From contig JBEIPA010000003.1 in assembly GCA_040377305.1 (NCBI GenBank), positions 160,001-224,000 of the forward strand: a stretch of 64,000 bases of DNA, in the 5' to 3' direction. This document shows, in pieces, positions 9,683-18,570 of the stretch. The notes beneath the pieces were generated by a model. That model was not told the DNA's origin. It searched no databases and saw nothing but the letters and a program-made list of their open reading frames with translations. This DNA comes from Flavobacteriales bacterium. Its GTDB lineage: Bacteria > Bacteroidota > Bacteroidia > Palsa-965. Made by a program: the position numbers and the translations under genes. Positions within the stretch are counted from its first letter, which is position 1. The number at the start of each line of letters is the position of its first letter.

Positions 9683-9806
9683 TAAAGTTAACGCAGGATA
9701 TCACCGAATGTTCATTCTTTTCGACTCAAGTTTTGAACAGAACAACATCTTTTCACAGTATAAAATTGTATCTGTTAGGAATGCAGGTTGTTGCGCCTTC
9801 GGCACT

Positions 9807-9909
9807 TTGCCACAGATTCGCAGATTACTCAGATTTCGCAAATTGAATTGTAGGTGGAGGGTTGAAAACAAAAATCAATTAATCTGTGAAATCTGCGAAT
9901 CTGTGGCAA
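9807..9909. repeat. Inverted pair of CAGATT-unit tandem repeats
   Basis: Perfect 20-bp IR TTGCCACAGATTCGCAGATT / AATCTGCGAATCTGTGGCAA plus a third unit on each arm. Confidence 0.9.
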
Positions 9910-9974
9910 GCTGTGGAGCAGCAGAGAATAAGGATTCTTCGGCTAAGCGCTGAATATTGCTATTTTTGCTCACC

Positions 9975-10517
9975 TTGAAATCAGAAGTAAAGCTGGGAGA
10001 TAAAACCTTTGTTCCGTATTTAACGGAAGATAAAATCGCGGTTGCAGTTAAGCAGGTTGCTCAGAAGATTAACACTGATTACGCCGGAAAAAATCCCTTG
10101 TTTCTTGTGATTCTGAACGGATCGTTTTTATTTGCGGCAGATTTACTACGTGCTATTGATTCCGATGGGTGTGAAGTTTCATTCGTGAAATTTTCTTCGT
10201 ACAGCGGAACTGAATCCACCGGCAAAGTGAAAGAGCTCATCGGGTTGAATGAACATCTTGATGGTCGAGATGTAATTATTGTGGAAGACATCGTTGATAC
10301 AGGAAACACCATTGTACAGATGATGGATGATTTGCTGAAAAGAAATCCGGCATCGGTGAGAATTGCAGCGTTGTTGTTCAAACCTGAAGCGTACAAGAAG
10401 CAGATCAAGATTGATTACGTGGGAATGGAAATTCCGAATGCGTTTATTGTTGGGTACGGACTTGACTATGATGGGCTCGGAAGAAATCTGAAGGATATTT
10501 ACGTTATAAAAAAATGA
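9975..10517 (+). CDS. hpt: Hypoxanthine phosphoribosyltransferase
   Basis: ILNGSFLFAADL, PRPP motif IIVEDIVDTGNT, FIVGYGLDY. TTG start chosen because TATTTTTG (-7 element) lies at 9961-9968. Confidence 0.95.
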   Translation: MKSEVKLGDKTFVPYLTEDKIAVAVKQVAQKINTDYAGKNPLFLVILNGSFLFAADLLRAIDSDGCEVSFVKFSSYSGTESTGKVKELIGLNEHLDGRDVIIVEDIVDTGNTIVQMMDDLLKRNPASVRIAALLFKPEAYKKQIKIDYVGMEIPNAFIVGYGLDYDGLGRNLKDIYVIKK

Positions 10518-10609
10518 TGTGCCGATATGCCTATTTGCCGATATGCCAATACCATTGTACCATTGATTAATTCATCGGCATATCAGCACATCGGCACATT
10601 GGCTCATTG
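10516..10609. repeat. Inverted pair of 8-mer tandem repeats (GCCGATAT / ATCGGCAC)
   Basis: GATGTGCCGATATGCCTATTTGCCGATATGCCAAT ... CATCGGCATATCAGCACATCGGCACATTGGCTCATTG; overlaps the hpt stop. Confidence 0.85.
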
Positions 10610-10651
10610 TCCGAAATCTCAAGCGATCAACTACACTTCATAAATACTATT

Positions 10652-11227
10652 ATGCTCAACGTTGTATTATTCGGACCTCCCGGCTCAGGCAAAGGAACTC
10701 AATCTGTAAAGCTCATTGAGAAATACGGAATCATTCACCTTTCAACCGGAGATATTTTCCGTGCGAATATTAAAGGCGGTACTGATCTCGGGAAACTCGC
10801 GCAGAGCTATATGGACAAAGGAGATTTGGTTCCTGATGAAGTTACGATTGGCATGCTGGAGGCAGAAGTCAATAAGCATGTTGCACCGAAAGGTTTCATC
10901 TTCGATGGTTTCCCGCGTACAACTGCGCAGGCACAAGCACTCGATTCGTTCCTGGCGACTAAAGGCTGGAACATTTCGGGAATGATTGCCTTGGAAGTTG
11001 ATAATGATGAATTGAAAAAGCGTTTGCTACTTCGTGGTAAAGATTCTGGTCGTGCAGATGATCAGAATCCGGATATCATTGCAAACCGTATCAACGAGTA
11101 CAACAACAAAACCGCTCCGTTGAAATCGTATTACGAAGCCCAAGGAAAATATCGTGGTGTAGAAGGAGTGGGAGAGATCGGGCAGATTTTCTCTAGTCTG
11201 TGTAAAGAGATTGATTCTCTGAAATAG
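10652..11227 (+). CDS. adk: Adenylate kinase (short, LID-less type)
   Basis: GPPGSGKGTQ, HLSTGDIFR, FIFDGFPRT, GRADD. Confidence 0.97.
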   Translation: MLNVVLFGPPGSGKGTQSVKLIEKYGIIHLSTGDIFRANIKGGTDLGKLAQSYMDKGDLVPDEVTIGMLEAEVNKHVAPKGFIFDGFPRTTAQAQALDSFLATKGWNISGMIALEVDNDELKKRLLLRGKDSGRADDQNPDIIANRINEYNNKTAPLKSYYEAQGKYRGVEGVGEIGQIFSSLCKEIDSLK

Positions 11228-11420
11228 GAACGCGGATTTTGCAGTACTATGCATGTTAGCGCTTTCCTCGGATCAGTCCGGTAAATAGAGCGAATTAGTT
11301 TTTCGATCTTATGAGATAGGCTTGAGTTTATCTCATTCAATCCATTAACCGGTTGAAGTATGCTCGCGAGTCATCCATGCGAACCGACTAGAAAACAACG
11401 GATATGAAAATCCGCATTCC
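11227..11420. mobile_element. ~193-bp hairpin element copy A (MITE/REPIN-like)
   Basis: GGAACGCGGATTTT...AAAATCCGCATTCC termini, central ATGAGATA-N10-TATCTCAT stem; 194 bp. Confidence 0.8.
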
Positions 11421-11479
11421 ATTTCAACATATTGATAATCAACAAACTATATCGGTATTTCTGCTCGCATAAAACTAAA

Positions 11480-11495
11480 TTTAGGCATATCTAAA
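11480..11495. promoter_or_regulatory. Putative DtxR/MntR-type metal repressor operator
   Basis: TTTAG-GCATAT-CTAAA palindrome just upstream of the -7 element TAAATTTG (11504-11511) of the TonB-dependent receptor gene. Confidence 0.6.
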
Positions 11496-11515
11496 AATAG
11501 TTTTAAATTTGCCTC

Positions 11516-13765
11516 ATGATTCGGGGCTTGATCGTATTCTTGTTGTTTCCGTTGTCGATGAGTGCGACAAACATTCAGGGAAAGATTCTCTCCGGAGATT
11601 CAGCAGTTCCGTTTGCAATAATCTCTATAGGGCAAACAGGCAAAGGTGCTTCTGCCGATGTCAATGGATTTTACAAAGTAGACGGACTTTCTCCCGGCAC
11701 CTATACTTTCAAAATACAATGCATAGGTTTTCTTACGCACAGCAGATCGGTTGTTGTTCGCGATGTTCCTCAGCAAACCATCAACTTTGAACTCGAACAC
11801 GACAGTAAGTCTATGTCGGAAGTTGTGATCACAGGAACGATGAGTGAAGTAGAGAAAACTGACAGTCCCGTTCCTGTTGAAGTTTATACACCGAAATTTT
11901 TCAAACGAAATCCTGTTGCTTCTCTTTTTGAGTCGGTGGGTATGATGAATGGTGTGAAGCCTCAGCTGAATTGTAATGTGTGCAACACCGGTGATATTCA
12001 CATCAACGGAATGGAAGGTCCGTACACGATGGTTCTCATCGATGGAATGCCAATTGTGAGCAGCCTCGCAACAGTTTATGGTTTGATGGGTATTCCGAAT
12101 TCACTCATCGAACGTGTTGAAGTCGTGAAAGGTCCTGCGTCATCGCTGTATGGTTCGGAAGCTATGGGCGGAATGATTAATGTAATCACAAAGAATCCGT
12201 TCAATGCGCCGCGATTCGGTATTGACGTGTGGGGAACAAACTGGGCAGAGATCAATACTGATCTATCCTTTTCCCGCCCAACTGGAAAGAGAAGTTACAT
12301 GCTCACCGGAATCAATTACTTCAACTATTCGAATCCGCTCGATAAGAACGGAGATAATTTTACCGACGTTACTTTACAGGATAGAATTTCTGTATTCACA
12401 AAATGGGCGGGTAAAGACACGAGCGGAAATCCTTATTCGTTGGCTGCGCGTTATATCTATGAGGATCGTTGGGGCGGAGAAATGAATTACACGAATGAAT
12501 TTCGTGGTGGAGATTCGGTTTATGGTGAAAGCATTTACACGAACCGGATTGAATTGTTAGGCATGTGGCAACTTCCATTGCGGGAGAAAATAAATATTTC
12601 AGCTTCGTACAACTTTCACGATCACAACTCGGCATACGGAACAACGATCTTTAATGCGCAACAGCATACTGCGTTTCTTCAAACCACGTGGGCGCGACAA
12701 GTGAAGAGTCACTCTTTACTAGCAGGAACTTCTGTTCGTTACATGAAGTATGATGATAACACGCCAGCAACGCAAATTGAATCAGGAACTGAAATTGTGA
12801 CTTCTCCGCAATACACAAATTTGCCTGGCGTATTTGTGCAGGACGATATTCAACTGAGTGACGCACATCGGTTGCTGCTTGGCTATCGTTTTGATTTGCA
12901 TCGCGTGCATGGTGGAATTCACTCGCCCCGTGTCGCCTATAAATTTACCTGGGGCGATTTTATGGTTGTTCGTGCCAGCTTTGGAACTGGATTCCGAGTG
13001 GTGAATGTGTTCACCGAAGATCACGCCGCTTTGACGGGCTCACGTGAAGTGATCATGACTGAAGAGTTGGATCCGGAACGCTCTTTAAACGGAAATCTGA
13101 ATATCGTAATGCGTCGTTATCATGAATCGTGGTTTGGTGGATTAGACATTACAGGATTCTACACTTATTTCACGAACAAGATTACAGCCGATTTCGATAC
13201 AGATCCCGATCTGATCATTTACGACAACCTCAAAGGCTATGCAGTGTCGGCCGGAATTTCTGTCAATGGCGATATCACTTTCGGCAGTGGATTGAAACTT
13301 ATGGGTGGAGCGACTTTCATGAACGTATTTCAGGTAGAATCGGATTCTCTTGGACGTGAAATCGCGACACAACAACTGCACGCACCACGGTGGTCAGGAA
13401 CCGGATCTGTGTCCTACACTTTTCCGTTCGGTACAACTGTCGATCTCACCGCAAGCTGGTATGGTCCTATGCGTTTGCCCATTCTTCCGAATGATTATCG
13501 TCCGGAGTATTCACCCTGGTTCTGTATCGCAAACATTCAGCTTACACAAAAGATTTCTCCGCGTTTTGAGATTTATGGAGGCGTGAAGAACCTGCTCAAC
13601 TTCACACCCGATAATCCAATCATGCGCGCCTTTGATCCGTTTGATAAGAGCGTCAACGACCCGGTGAGCAATCCTAACGGATATACATTCGATCCCTCGT
13701 ACAACTACGCACCCATGCAGGGAATCAGGGCGTTTTTCGGATTGCGGTATACGATATCGAAATAG
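11516..13765 (+). CDS. TonB-dependent outer-membrane receptor, probably metal uptake
   Basis: Signal peptide, carboxypeptidase-regulatory-like N-domain, EVVITGT TonB box, plug with CNVC, IERVEVVKGPASSLYGSEAMGG, terminal FFGLRYTI strand. Confidence 0.93.
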   Translation: MIRGLIVFLLFPLSMSATNIQGKILSGDSAVPFAIISIGQTGKGASADVNGFYKVDGLSPGTYTFKIQCIGFLTHSRSVVVRDVPQQTINFELEHDSKSMSEVVITGTMSEVEKTDSPVPVEVYTPKFFKRNPVASLFESVGMMNGVKPQLNCNVCNTGDIHINGMEGPYTMVLIDGMPIVSSLATVYGLMGIPNSLIERVEVVKGPASSLYGSEAMGGMINVITKNPFNAPRFGIDVWGTNWAEINTDLSFSRPTGKRSYMLTGINYFNYSNPLDKNGDNFTDVTLQDRISVFTKWAGKDTSGNPYSLAARYIYEDRWGGEMNYTNEFRGGDSVYGESIYTNRIELLGMWQLPLREKINISASYNFHDHNSAYGTTIFNAQQHTAFLQTTWARQVKSHSLLAGTSVRYMKYDDNTPATQIESGTEIVTSPQYTNLPGVFVQDDIQLSDAHRLLLGYRFDLHRVHGGIHSPRVAYKFTWGDFMVVRASFGTGFRVVNVFTEDHAALTGSREVIMTEELDPERSLNGNLNIVMRRYHESWFGGLDITGFYTYFTNKITADFDTDPDLIIYDNLKGYAVSAGISVNGDITFGSGLKLMGGATFMNVFQVESDSLGREIATQQLHAPRWSGTGSVSYTFPFGTTVDLTASWYGPMRLPILPNDYRPEYSPWFCIANIQLTQKISPRFEIYGGVKNLLNFTPDNPIMRAFDPFDKSVNDPVSNPNGYTFDPSYNYAPMQGIRAFFGLRYTISK

Positions 13766-13769
13766 AAAA

Positions 13770-13877
13770 GGAACGCGGATTTTTATGTACGCGGCATGCT
13801 AGCTTATCCGTCGGATCAGTGTGGTAAATTGAACGATTCGGTTTTTGATCTTATGAGATAGGCTTGAGTCGGTTGAA
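13770..13877. mobile_element. Hairpin element copy B (left half only)
   Basis: GGAACGCGGATTTTT...TCGGATCAGT...GATCTTATGAGATAGGCTTGAGT, then truncated directly before copy C. Confidence 0.75.
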
Positions 13878-13879
13878 TT

Positions 13880-14069
13880 GGAACGCGGATTTTTACATAC
13901 GCCGCTTGCAAGCTTTCCGTCGGATCAGTATGGTGGATTGAGTGTTCCGGTATTGGATCTAATGAGATTCACTTAAGTTTATCTCATAGGATCAGATTCC
14001 CGGTTTTTGCGTTCACCACGATCATCCGATGGAACACTAACACCAAAATCACATAAAAATCCGCGTTCC
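13880..14069. mobile_element. Hairpin element copy C
   Basis: GGAACGCGGATTTTTA...TAAAAATCCGCGTTCC, 190 bp, central ATGAGAT/ATCTCAT stem. Confidence 0.8.
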
Positions 14070-14124
14070 CTTTTCACCGTGCTGGCTCGATAATTGCCTA
14101 ACTTTAGGTTACAATTATTCAACT

Positions 14125-14472
14125 ATGAGATACTTACTCCTTCCAATTCTTGCGATCGGATTTCTGATCACCACCGCTTTTGCAAAACCACAACTTGCGG
14201 AAGTAGTCATTCACACAACCTTCTATTGTAATCATTACGATGTGTGTGAAAGCAAGCCGGCTTTGGAAAAAGAAATTATGCTCACAACAGGTGTGAAGAG
14301 TGTTGTGATTGATTCAAAAGCAATGACCATCACTGTGAAGTATAAGCCGAAGCAAACCACTCCGGATAAGATCAGAAAAGTGATTTCACAAAGCGGCTAT
14401 GATGCCGACAGTGTGAAGGCTGATCCGAAGGCTGTGGAGAAGCTGGATGGTTGCTGCAAGAAGCAGGAGTAG
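14125..14472 (+). CDS. Exported heavy-metal-associated (HMA) domain protein
   Basis: Signal peptide; CNHYDVC metal loop, GVKSV, ITVKY, IRKVISQSGYDAD and C-terminal LDGCCKK. Confidence 0.85.
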   Translation: MRYLLLPILAIGFLITTAFAKPQLAEVVIHTTFYCNHYDVCESKPALEKEIMLTTGVKSVVIDSKAMTITVKYKPKQTTPDKIRKVISQSGYDADSVKADPKAVEKLDGCCKKQE

Positions 14473-14485
14473 CCTGCAGGAAAGG

Positions 14486-14678
14486 GGAACGCGGATTTTT
14501 ATATCCGTGGCTTGCTAGCTTTTCCGTCGGATCAGTACGGTATCTTGAATGTTCCGGCTTTCGATCTAATGAGATACGTTTGAGTTTATCTCATAAAATC
14601 CATTTCCGAGATGAAGTATCCACCACAATCATCCATGCGAAGCGACTAGAAAACAACGGATATAAAAATCCGCGTTCC
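14486..14678. mobile_element. Hairpin element copy D
   Basis: Perfect 23-bp terminal IR GGAACGCGGATTTTTATATCCGT; 193 bp. Confidence 0.85.
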
Positions 14679-14686
14679 ATTTTCCG

Positions 14687-14694
14687 TACTTTTG
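14687..14694 (+). promoter_or_regulatory. Sigma-A -7 element for obgE
   Basis: TACTTTTG, 7 nt before the ATG. Confidence 0.65.
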
Positions 14695-14701
14695 CACCCT
14701 C

Positions 14702-15703
14702 ATGGAATCAAACTTCGTCGATTACGTCAAAATAGCCTGTCGCTCCGGAAAAGGAGGAGGCGGTTCTGTGCATTTGCTTCGTACAGCATTGACGGCGAAA
14801 GGCGGACCTGATGGCGGAGATGGTGGACGTGGCGGACACGTAATTGCGCGTGGAAGTAATCAGGTTTGGACATTGTTGCACTTGAAATACCGTAAGCACG
14901 TTCTTGCACAGGATGGAGGACATGGCGGCCGTTCGAACAGTAGTGGTGCTGAAGGGAAAGATGAATATATCGAAGTACCTCTTGGAACCGTTATTCGTGA
15001 TGGTGAGACCGAAGAAGTTTTATTTGAGATTACGGAGCACGGACAAGAATACATGATCACAAAAGGTGGAAGAGGAGGAAAGGGAAATGCATTCTTTGCT
15101 ACTTCTACTCACCAGACACCGCGATTTGCGCAGCCGGGTGAACCGCGGGTAGAAAAGTGGGTGATTCTTGAGTTGAAATTGCTCGCTGATGTTGGTCTCG
15201 TTGGATTCCCGAATGCCGGTAAATCAACTTTGCTTTCTGTTGTATCTGCAGCTAAACCGGAGATTGCGAATTATCCGTTTACAACTCTGGTTCCGAACCT
15301 GGGTGTGGTGAGTTATCGCGATGATCGTTCGTTCGTAATCGCCGATATTCCTGGAATCATCGAAGGTGCACATGAAGGACGTGGATTAGGCTTGCGGTTT
15401 CTCCGTCACATCGAACGTAACTCGTGTCTGTTGTTTATGGTTCCTGCCGACAGTTCAGACATTGTTGCAGATTATAAAATTCTACTCAATGAATTGGAGC
15501 AGTTCAATCCCGAATTGCTTGACAAGAAACGCATGCTGGGAATTTCCAAAGCCGATTTGCTCGACGAAGAATTGTTCGAAGCAGTGGACAAGGATTTGAA
15601 GAAGCGTTTCAAGAAGTTCAATATTCCATACGTGATTTTCTCAGCGCACTCGCAGAAGAATGTGATGCAGTTGAAAGATGAGTTGTGGAAATTGATGAAC
15701 TAA
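14702..15703 (+). CDS. obgE: GTPase ObgE/CgtA
   Basis: Gly-rich [39 protein letters not shown]. Confidence 0.98.
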   Translation: MESNFVDYVKIACRSGKGGGGSVHLLRTALTAKGGPDGGDGGRGGHVIARGSNQVWTLLHLKYRKHVLAQDGGHGGRSNSSGAEGKDEYIEVPLGTVIRDGETEEVLFEITEHGQEYMITKGGRGGKGNAFFATSTHQTPRFAQPGEPRVEKWVILELKLLADVGLVGFPNAGKSTLLSVVSAAKPEIANYPFTTLVPNLGVVSYRDDRSFVIADIPGIIEGAHEGRGLGLRFLRHIERNSCLLFMVPADSSDIVADYKILLNELEQFNPELLDKKRMLGISKADLLDEELFEAVDKDLKKRFKKFNIPYVIFSAHSQKNVMQLKDELWKLMN

Positions 15704-15790
15704 TAGACAATTCGCAATAATCAATTCGCAATACACAGTAAGGTATAGCAAGTTTTGAGCATTGCGTACTTATTATTGCGCATGGTCATT
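15702..15790. repeat. Inverted pair of ~14-mer tandem repeats
   Basis: CAATTCGCAATAATCAATTCGCAAT ... ATTGCGTACTTATTATTGCGCATGGTCATT between convergent stop codons. Confidence 0.7.
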
Positions 15791-16331
15791 CCTGATGTCC
15801 CGGTTGATTTCCACCTCGATTTGTTGGAGGCGAGTCGGGCGGCACTGGTTTGATATACGTACAACAAGCCTCATTCCACGGACAGTATTTGTAAAAGACA
15901 AACTCCGCATCCGAAATGTCTTTGCTCAGGAAAAACATGACATCGGGTTCACGATAAGATAAGTGATGGCACGCCGTATCCCATGTTTGTGTCGTAGTGT
16001 TTGATGGTGCAACGTATGGCAAAGTTTTCCAGCGCGTAACAAATTCGTAATCGCCCGCAGGTAAAGTGACCGAATAGTTTCCATCATCATCACTGGTTAC
16101 TGAATCAATAATCCGGGTTGAACCCATTGCACGGATATATACGGTTCTGTTTCGGGCAATTGATTCTATTCTCATGTCGTCGTATCCTTCAGGCAGATTT
16201 TCGCACATGTCTTCTATGATCAGCATCTTACCGGAAATGGTGAATTCAGTAGGACAGTGGATCGTACTGACTTTGAATCCGAACAATGCTAAAGACAACG
16301 AAGCAAGAAAGATCCAGAGTATTGATTTCAT
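15786..16331 (-). CDS. Secreted Cys-rich hypothetical protein (paralog 1)
   Basis: Signal peptide MKSILWIF; TSDDDGNYSVTLPAGDY prealbumin-like strand; shares motifs with the adjacent gene. Confidence 0.75.
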   Translation of the reverse strand: MKSILWIFLASLSLALFGFKVSTIHCPTEFTISGKMLIIEDMCENLPEGYDDMRIESIARNRTVYIRAMGSTRIIDSVTSDDDGNYSVTLPAGDYEFVTRWKTLPYVAPSNTTTQTWDTACHHLSYREPDVMFFLSKDISDAEFVFYKYCPWNEACCTYIKPVPPDSPPTNRGGNQPGHQE

Positions 16332-16372
16332 GGTTGCAAAACAAACGCGTTTGATTCCTACCAATTTACGTG

Positions 16373-16891
16373 TTATTCCGTGAGTGTTGTTGTACGAGCA
16401 ATGATTGTACAACAAACACTTAGTCCTTCACAGTTTTTATATAATGTAATCGGAACAAAGTATTTTTCCTTAGGCTCGTGCAGTAAAACGTAATCGGGCA
16501 TTCCGTGAATTTCCTTTAAGCATTCGTTATCCCACGAATAACAAAATGTGTTATCATTCGGCGAGTACGGCATACCTTTCCACATTTCATAAAAGTAGTA
16601 TGTAGCAGGTCCGGAATTCGCTGGAATGTAATAGCTAAAGTTGCCTACGGAATCGGTTATGGCCGTTTTGAATTTAACTATTGGACCATTTCCAATCTGT
16701 TTCTTGATGTAAATTACCCTTTGGCGTCCGGGTCTTGTAAAATCTGCTGTACTATCATCGCAGGCGTAAATGACTTCGGTAACGTGGCCTTCAATGCGAA
16801 TGGGAGGAGGAGGTTTTACGTCATTCGACTTCCATGCAACTGCGAAACACGCACCGATAAAAATCAGAAAAAGGAAGGCCGGATTTCTCAT
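16373..16891 (-). CDS. Secreted Cys-rich hypothetical protein (paralog 2)
   Basis: Signal peptide; TDSVGNFSY, WKGMPY, WDNEC, YKNC....CCT. Confidence 0.75.
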   Translation of the reverse strand: MRNPAFLFLIFIGACFAVAWKSNDVKPPPPIRIEGHVTEVIYACDDSTADFTRPGRQRVIYIKKQIGNGPIVKFKTAITDSVGNFSYYIPANSGPATYYFYEMWKGMPYSPNDNTFCYSWDNECLKEIHGMPDYVLLHEPKEKYFVPITLYKNCEGLSVCCTIIARTTTLTE

Positions 16892-16959
16892 GTGATTTTC
16901 ATATCAATTGTTGAACCAAACCTAATCAATATGAAAATCTACGCGTAGTTACGTAGGAG

Positions 16960-17445
16960 CTAGAAGAGGGAAGTCTGGTTCATCCCGGGAAGAGAATTTT
17001 CCAATCTCAATAACCATTCCTTTTTCTCTAGTCCACCTGCATAACCAGTAAGTGAACCATCACTTCCAATTACGCGGTGACAGGGAACAACAATAGCAAT
17101 ATTATTTCTGCCATTGGCTGTTCCAGCTGCGCGAATGCATTTCGGATCGCCCAAACGGACTGCTAACTCGTGATAGGAAATTGTTTTGCCGAATGGAATT
17201 TTCGTGAGCTCTTTCCAAACGCGCTGCTGAAATTCGGTTCCTTCCTGATCGTATTCGAATGTGAATTCAGTGCGTTTGCCTTCGAAGTATTCATCGAGTT
17301 GAGAAAGACACACTTTTTCGACTTCACTTTCGGCTACCTGCCGTTCGAGATGTTCTTCTCTGAATTCAATAGCAAGAATTTTGCCTTCACTGCTTGTGAT
17401 GTGAATCGGGCCCATCGGAGAATCAAAGGAGAACTTTTCTGACAT
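16960..17445 (-). CDS. ogt: Methylated-DNA--protein-cysteine methyltransferase
   Basis: GTEFQQRVW, IPFGKTISY, active-site PCHRV. Confidence 0.95.
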   Translation of the reverse strand: MSEKFSFDSPMGPIHITSSEGKILAIEFREEHLERQVAESEVEKVCLSQLDEYFEGKRTEFTFEYDQEGTEFQQRVWKELTKIPFGKTISYHELAVRLGDPKCIRAAGTANGRNNIAIVVPCHRVIGSDGSLTGYAGGLEKKEWLLRLENSLPGMNQTSLF

Positions 17446-17530
17446 GATAGCGCCGATTTCGAACAGCTAATTCGCAGATTGAATACAGCAGTGCACGCCG
17501 CGTCGCCGGGTACTCCACGCCGCCGCGATA

Positions 17531-18544
17531 TTATTTCTTCTTTAACAGAGTTGTACGACACTCGGCTTCCAATTGTTCCTTATCAATCGGAACAACACCG
17601 ACACTCTCACATACCAATCCGCCTGCGATGTTGGCTACTTCGGCAATAAGCTCAGGTTTTGCACCTGCAGCGAGACATAACGCAGCAACGCTAACTACTG
17701 TATCGCCTGCTCCGGAAACATCGGAAATATTTCTGAAGTGAGCAGGAATTCTCTTTTTCACTTTTCGACCGTGCACATAAATGCCATGCTCAGAAAGTGT
17801 GATCAATGCCAGATCGATTTTTAATTTCGTCTTGAGCATGTCCACTGCTTTAGTCAGCTCTTTTTCTTTGGATTCATCAAAGTCGAATTTCAGGCCCTCC
17901 CGAAGTTCTTTCAGATTCGGTTTGAATAAAGTTGCACCGTGATAGTTCATGAAATGCTTCTTCTTCGGATCAACTACCACCGGAACTTTCATGACGCGTG
18001 CGAGACTGATGATTGACTTGATCAATGGAACAGTGATCAGGCCTTTGTCGTAATCCTCGAAAATAATTACGTCAATCTTTTGTGTTTCGAGCAGGTATGC
18101 AATACGCTCCTCGAACTTATCTGTTTCTTCTTCGGTAATATCTTCATCAATCTCCTCATCCACACGCAGCATGTGATGATTGTTTCCGATGACACGTGTC
18201 TTTACAGTTGTTATGCGGTCGCGACTCTTCAGGATTCCTTTTGGAGCCAATTTCGCTTCCTGGAGAAGCTCGAGAAATCGCTGTCCGTCTTTATCAACGC
18301 CGATAACAGAACACAGAATTGGTGTTGCTCCAAGAGCTTTCACGTTCAATGCAACATTCGCTGCACCCCCAAGTCGTTGTTCATGCTTCGTAATCTGAAC
18401 GACAGGAACCGGAGCTTCAGGTGAAATGCGTGAAACTTTTCCCCACATATAATCGTCGATCATTACATCGCCGATAATGAGTACACGCATCTTGTCGAAT
18501 TGCGCGAAAAGTGTTTTGAGTTCTTTGTCGGTGTAGTTTGCCAC
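17531..18544 (-). CDS. PfkB-family heptose-7-phosphate kinase (HldE/RfaE kinase domain only)
   Basis: GDVMID, RISPEAPVPV, LGGAANVA, DYDKG, VDPK, FKPN, DVSGAGDTV; GTG start inferred. Confidence 0.88.
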   Translation of the reverse strand: MANYTDKELKTLFAQFDKMRVLIIGDVMIDDYMWGKVSRISPEAPVPVVQITKHEQRLGGAANVALNVKALGATPILCSVIGVDKDGQRFLELLQEAKLAPKGILKSRDRITTVKTRVIGNNHHMLRVDEEIDEDITEEETDKFEERIAYLLETQKIDVIIFEDYDKGLITVPLIKSIISLARVMKVPVVVDPKKKHFMNYHGATLFKPNLKELREGLKFDFDESKEKELTKAVDMLKTKLKIDLALITLSEHGIYVHGRKVKKRIPAHFRNISDVSGAGDTVVSVAALCLAAGAKPELIAEVANIAGGLVCESVGVVPIDKEQLEAECRTTLLKKK

Positions 18545-18570
18545 TGTGAATATTATTATGTGATTTTTCG

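Noticed and set aside
9608-9974. Chromosomal replication origin
   Set aside because: Only one perfect DnaA box and no evident unwinding element or box cluster; dnaA is absent from the window.
11421-11515. Cobalamin riboswitch before the TonB receptor (also checked before the mutase)
   Set aside because: No B12-box motifs; the promoter element is adjacent to the start codon.
11227-14678. Canonical integron (attC array) or CRISPR array
   Set aside because: The ends are GGAAC/GTTCC rather than RYYYAAC/GTTRRRY, there is no intI or cas gene, and the units are ~190 bp separated by whole genes.
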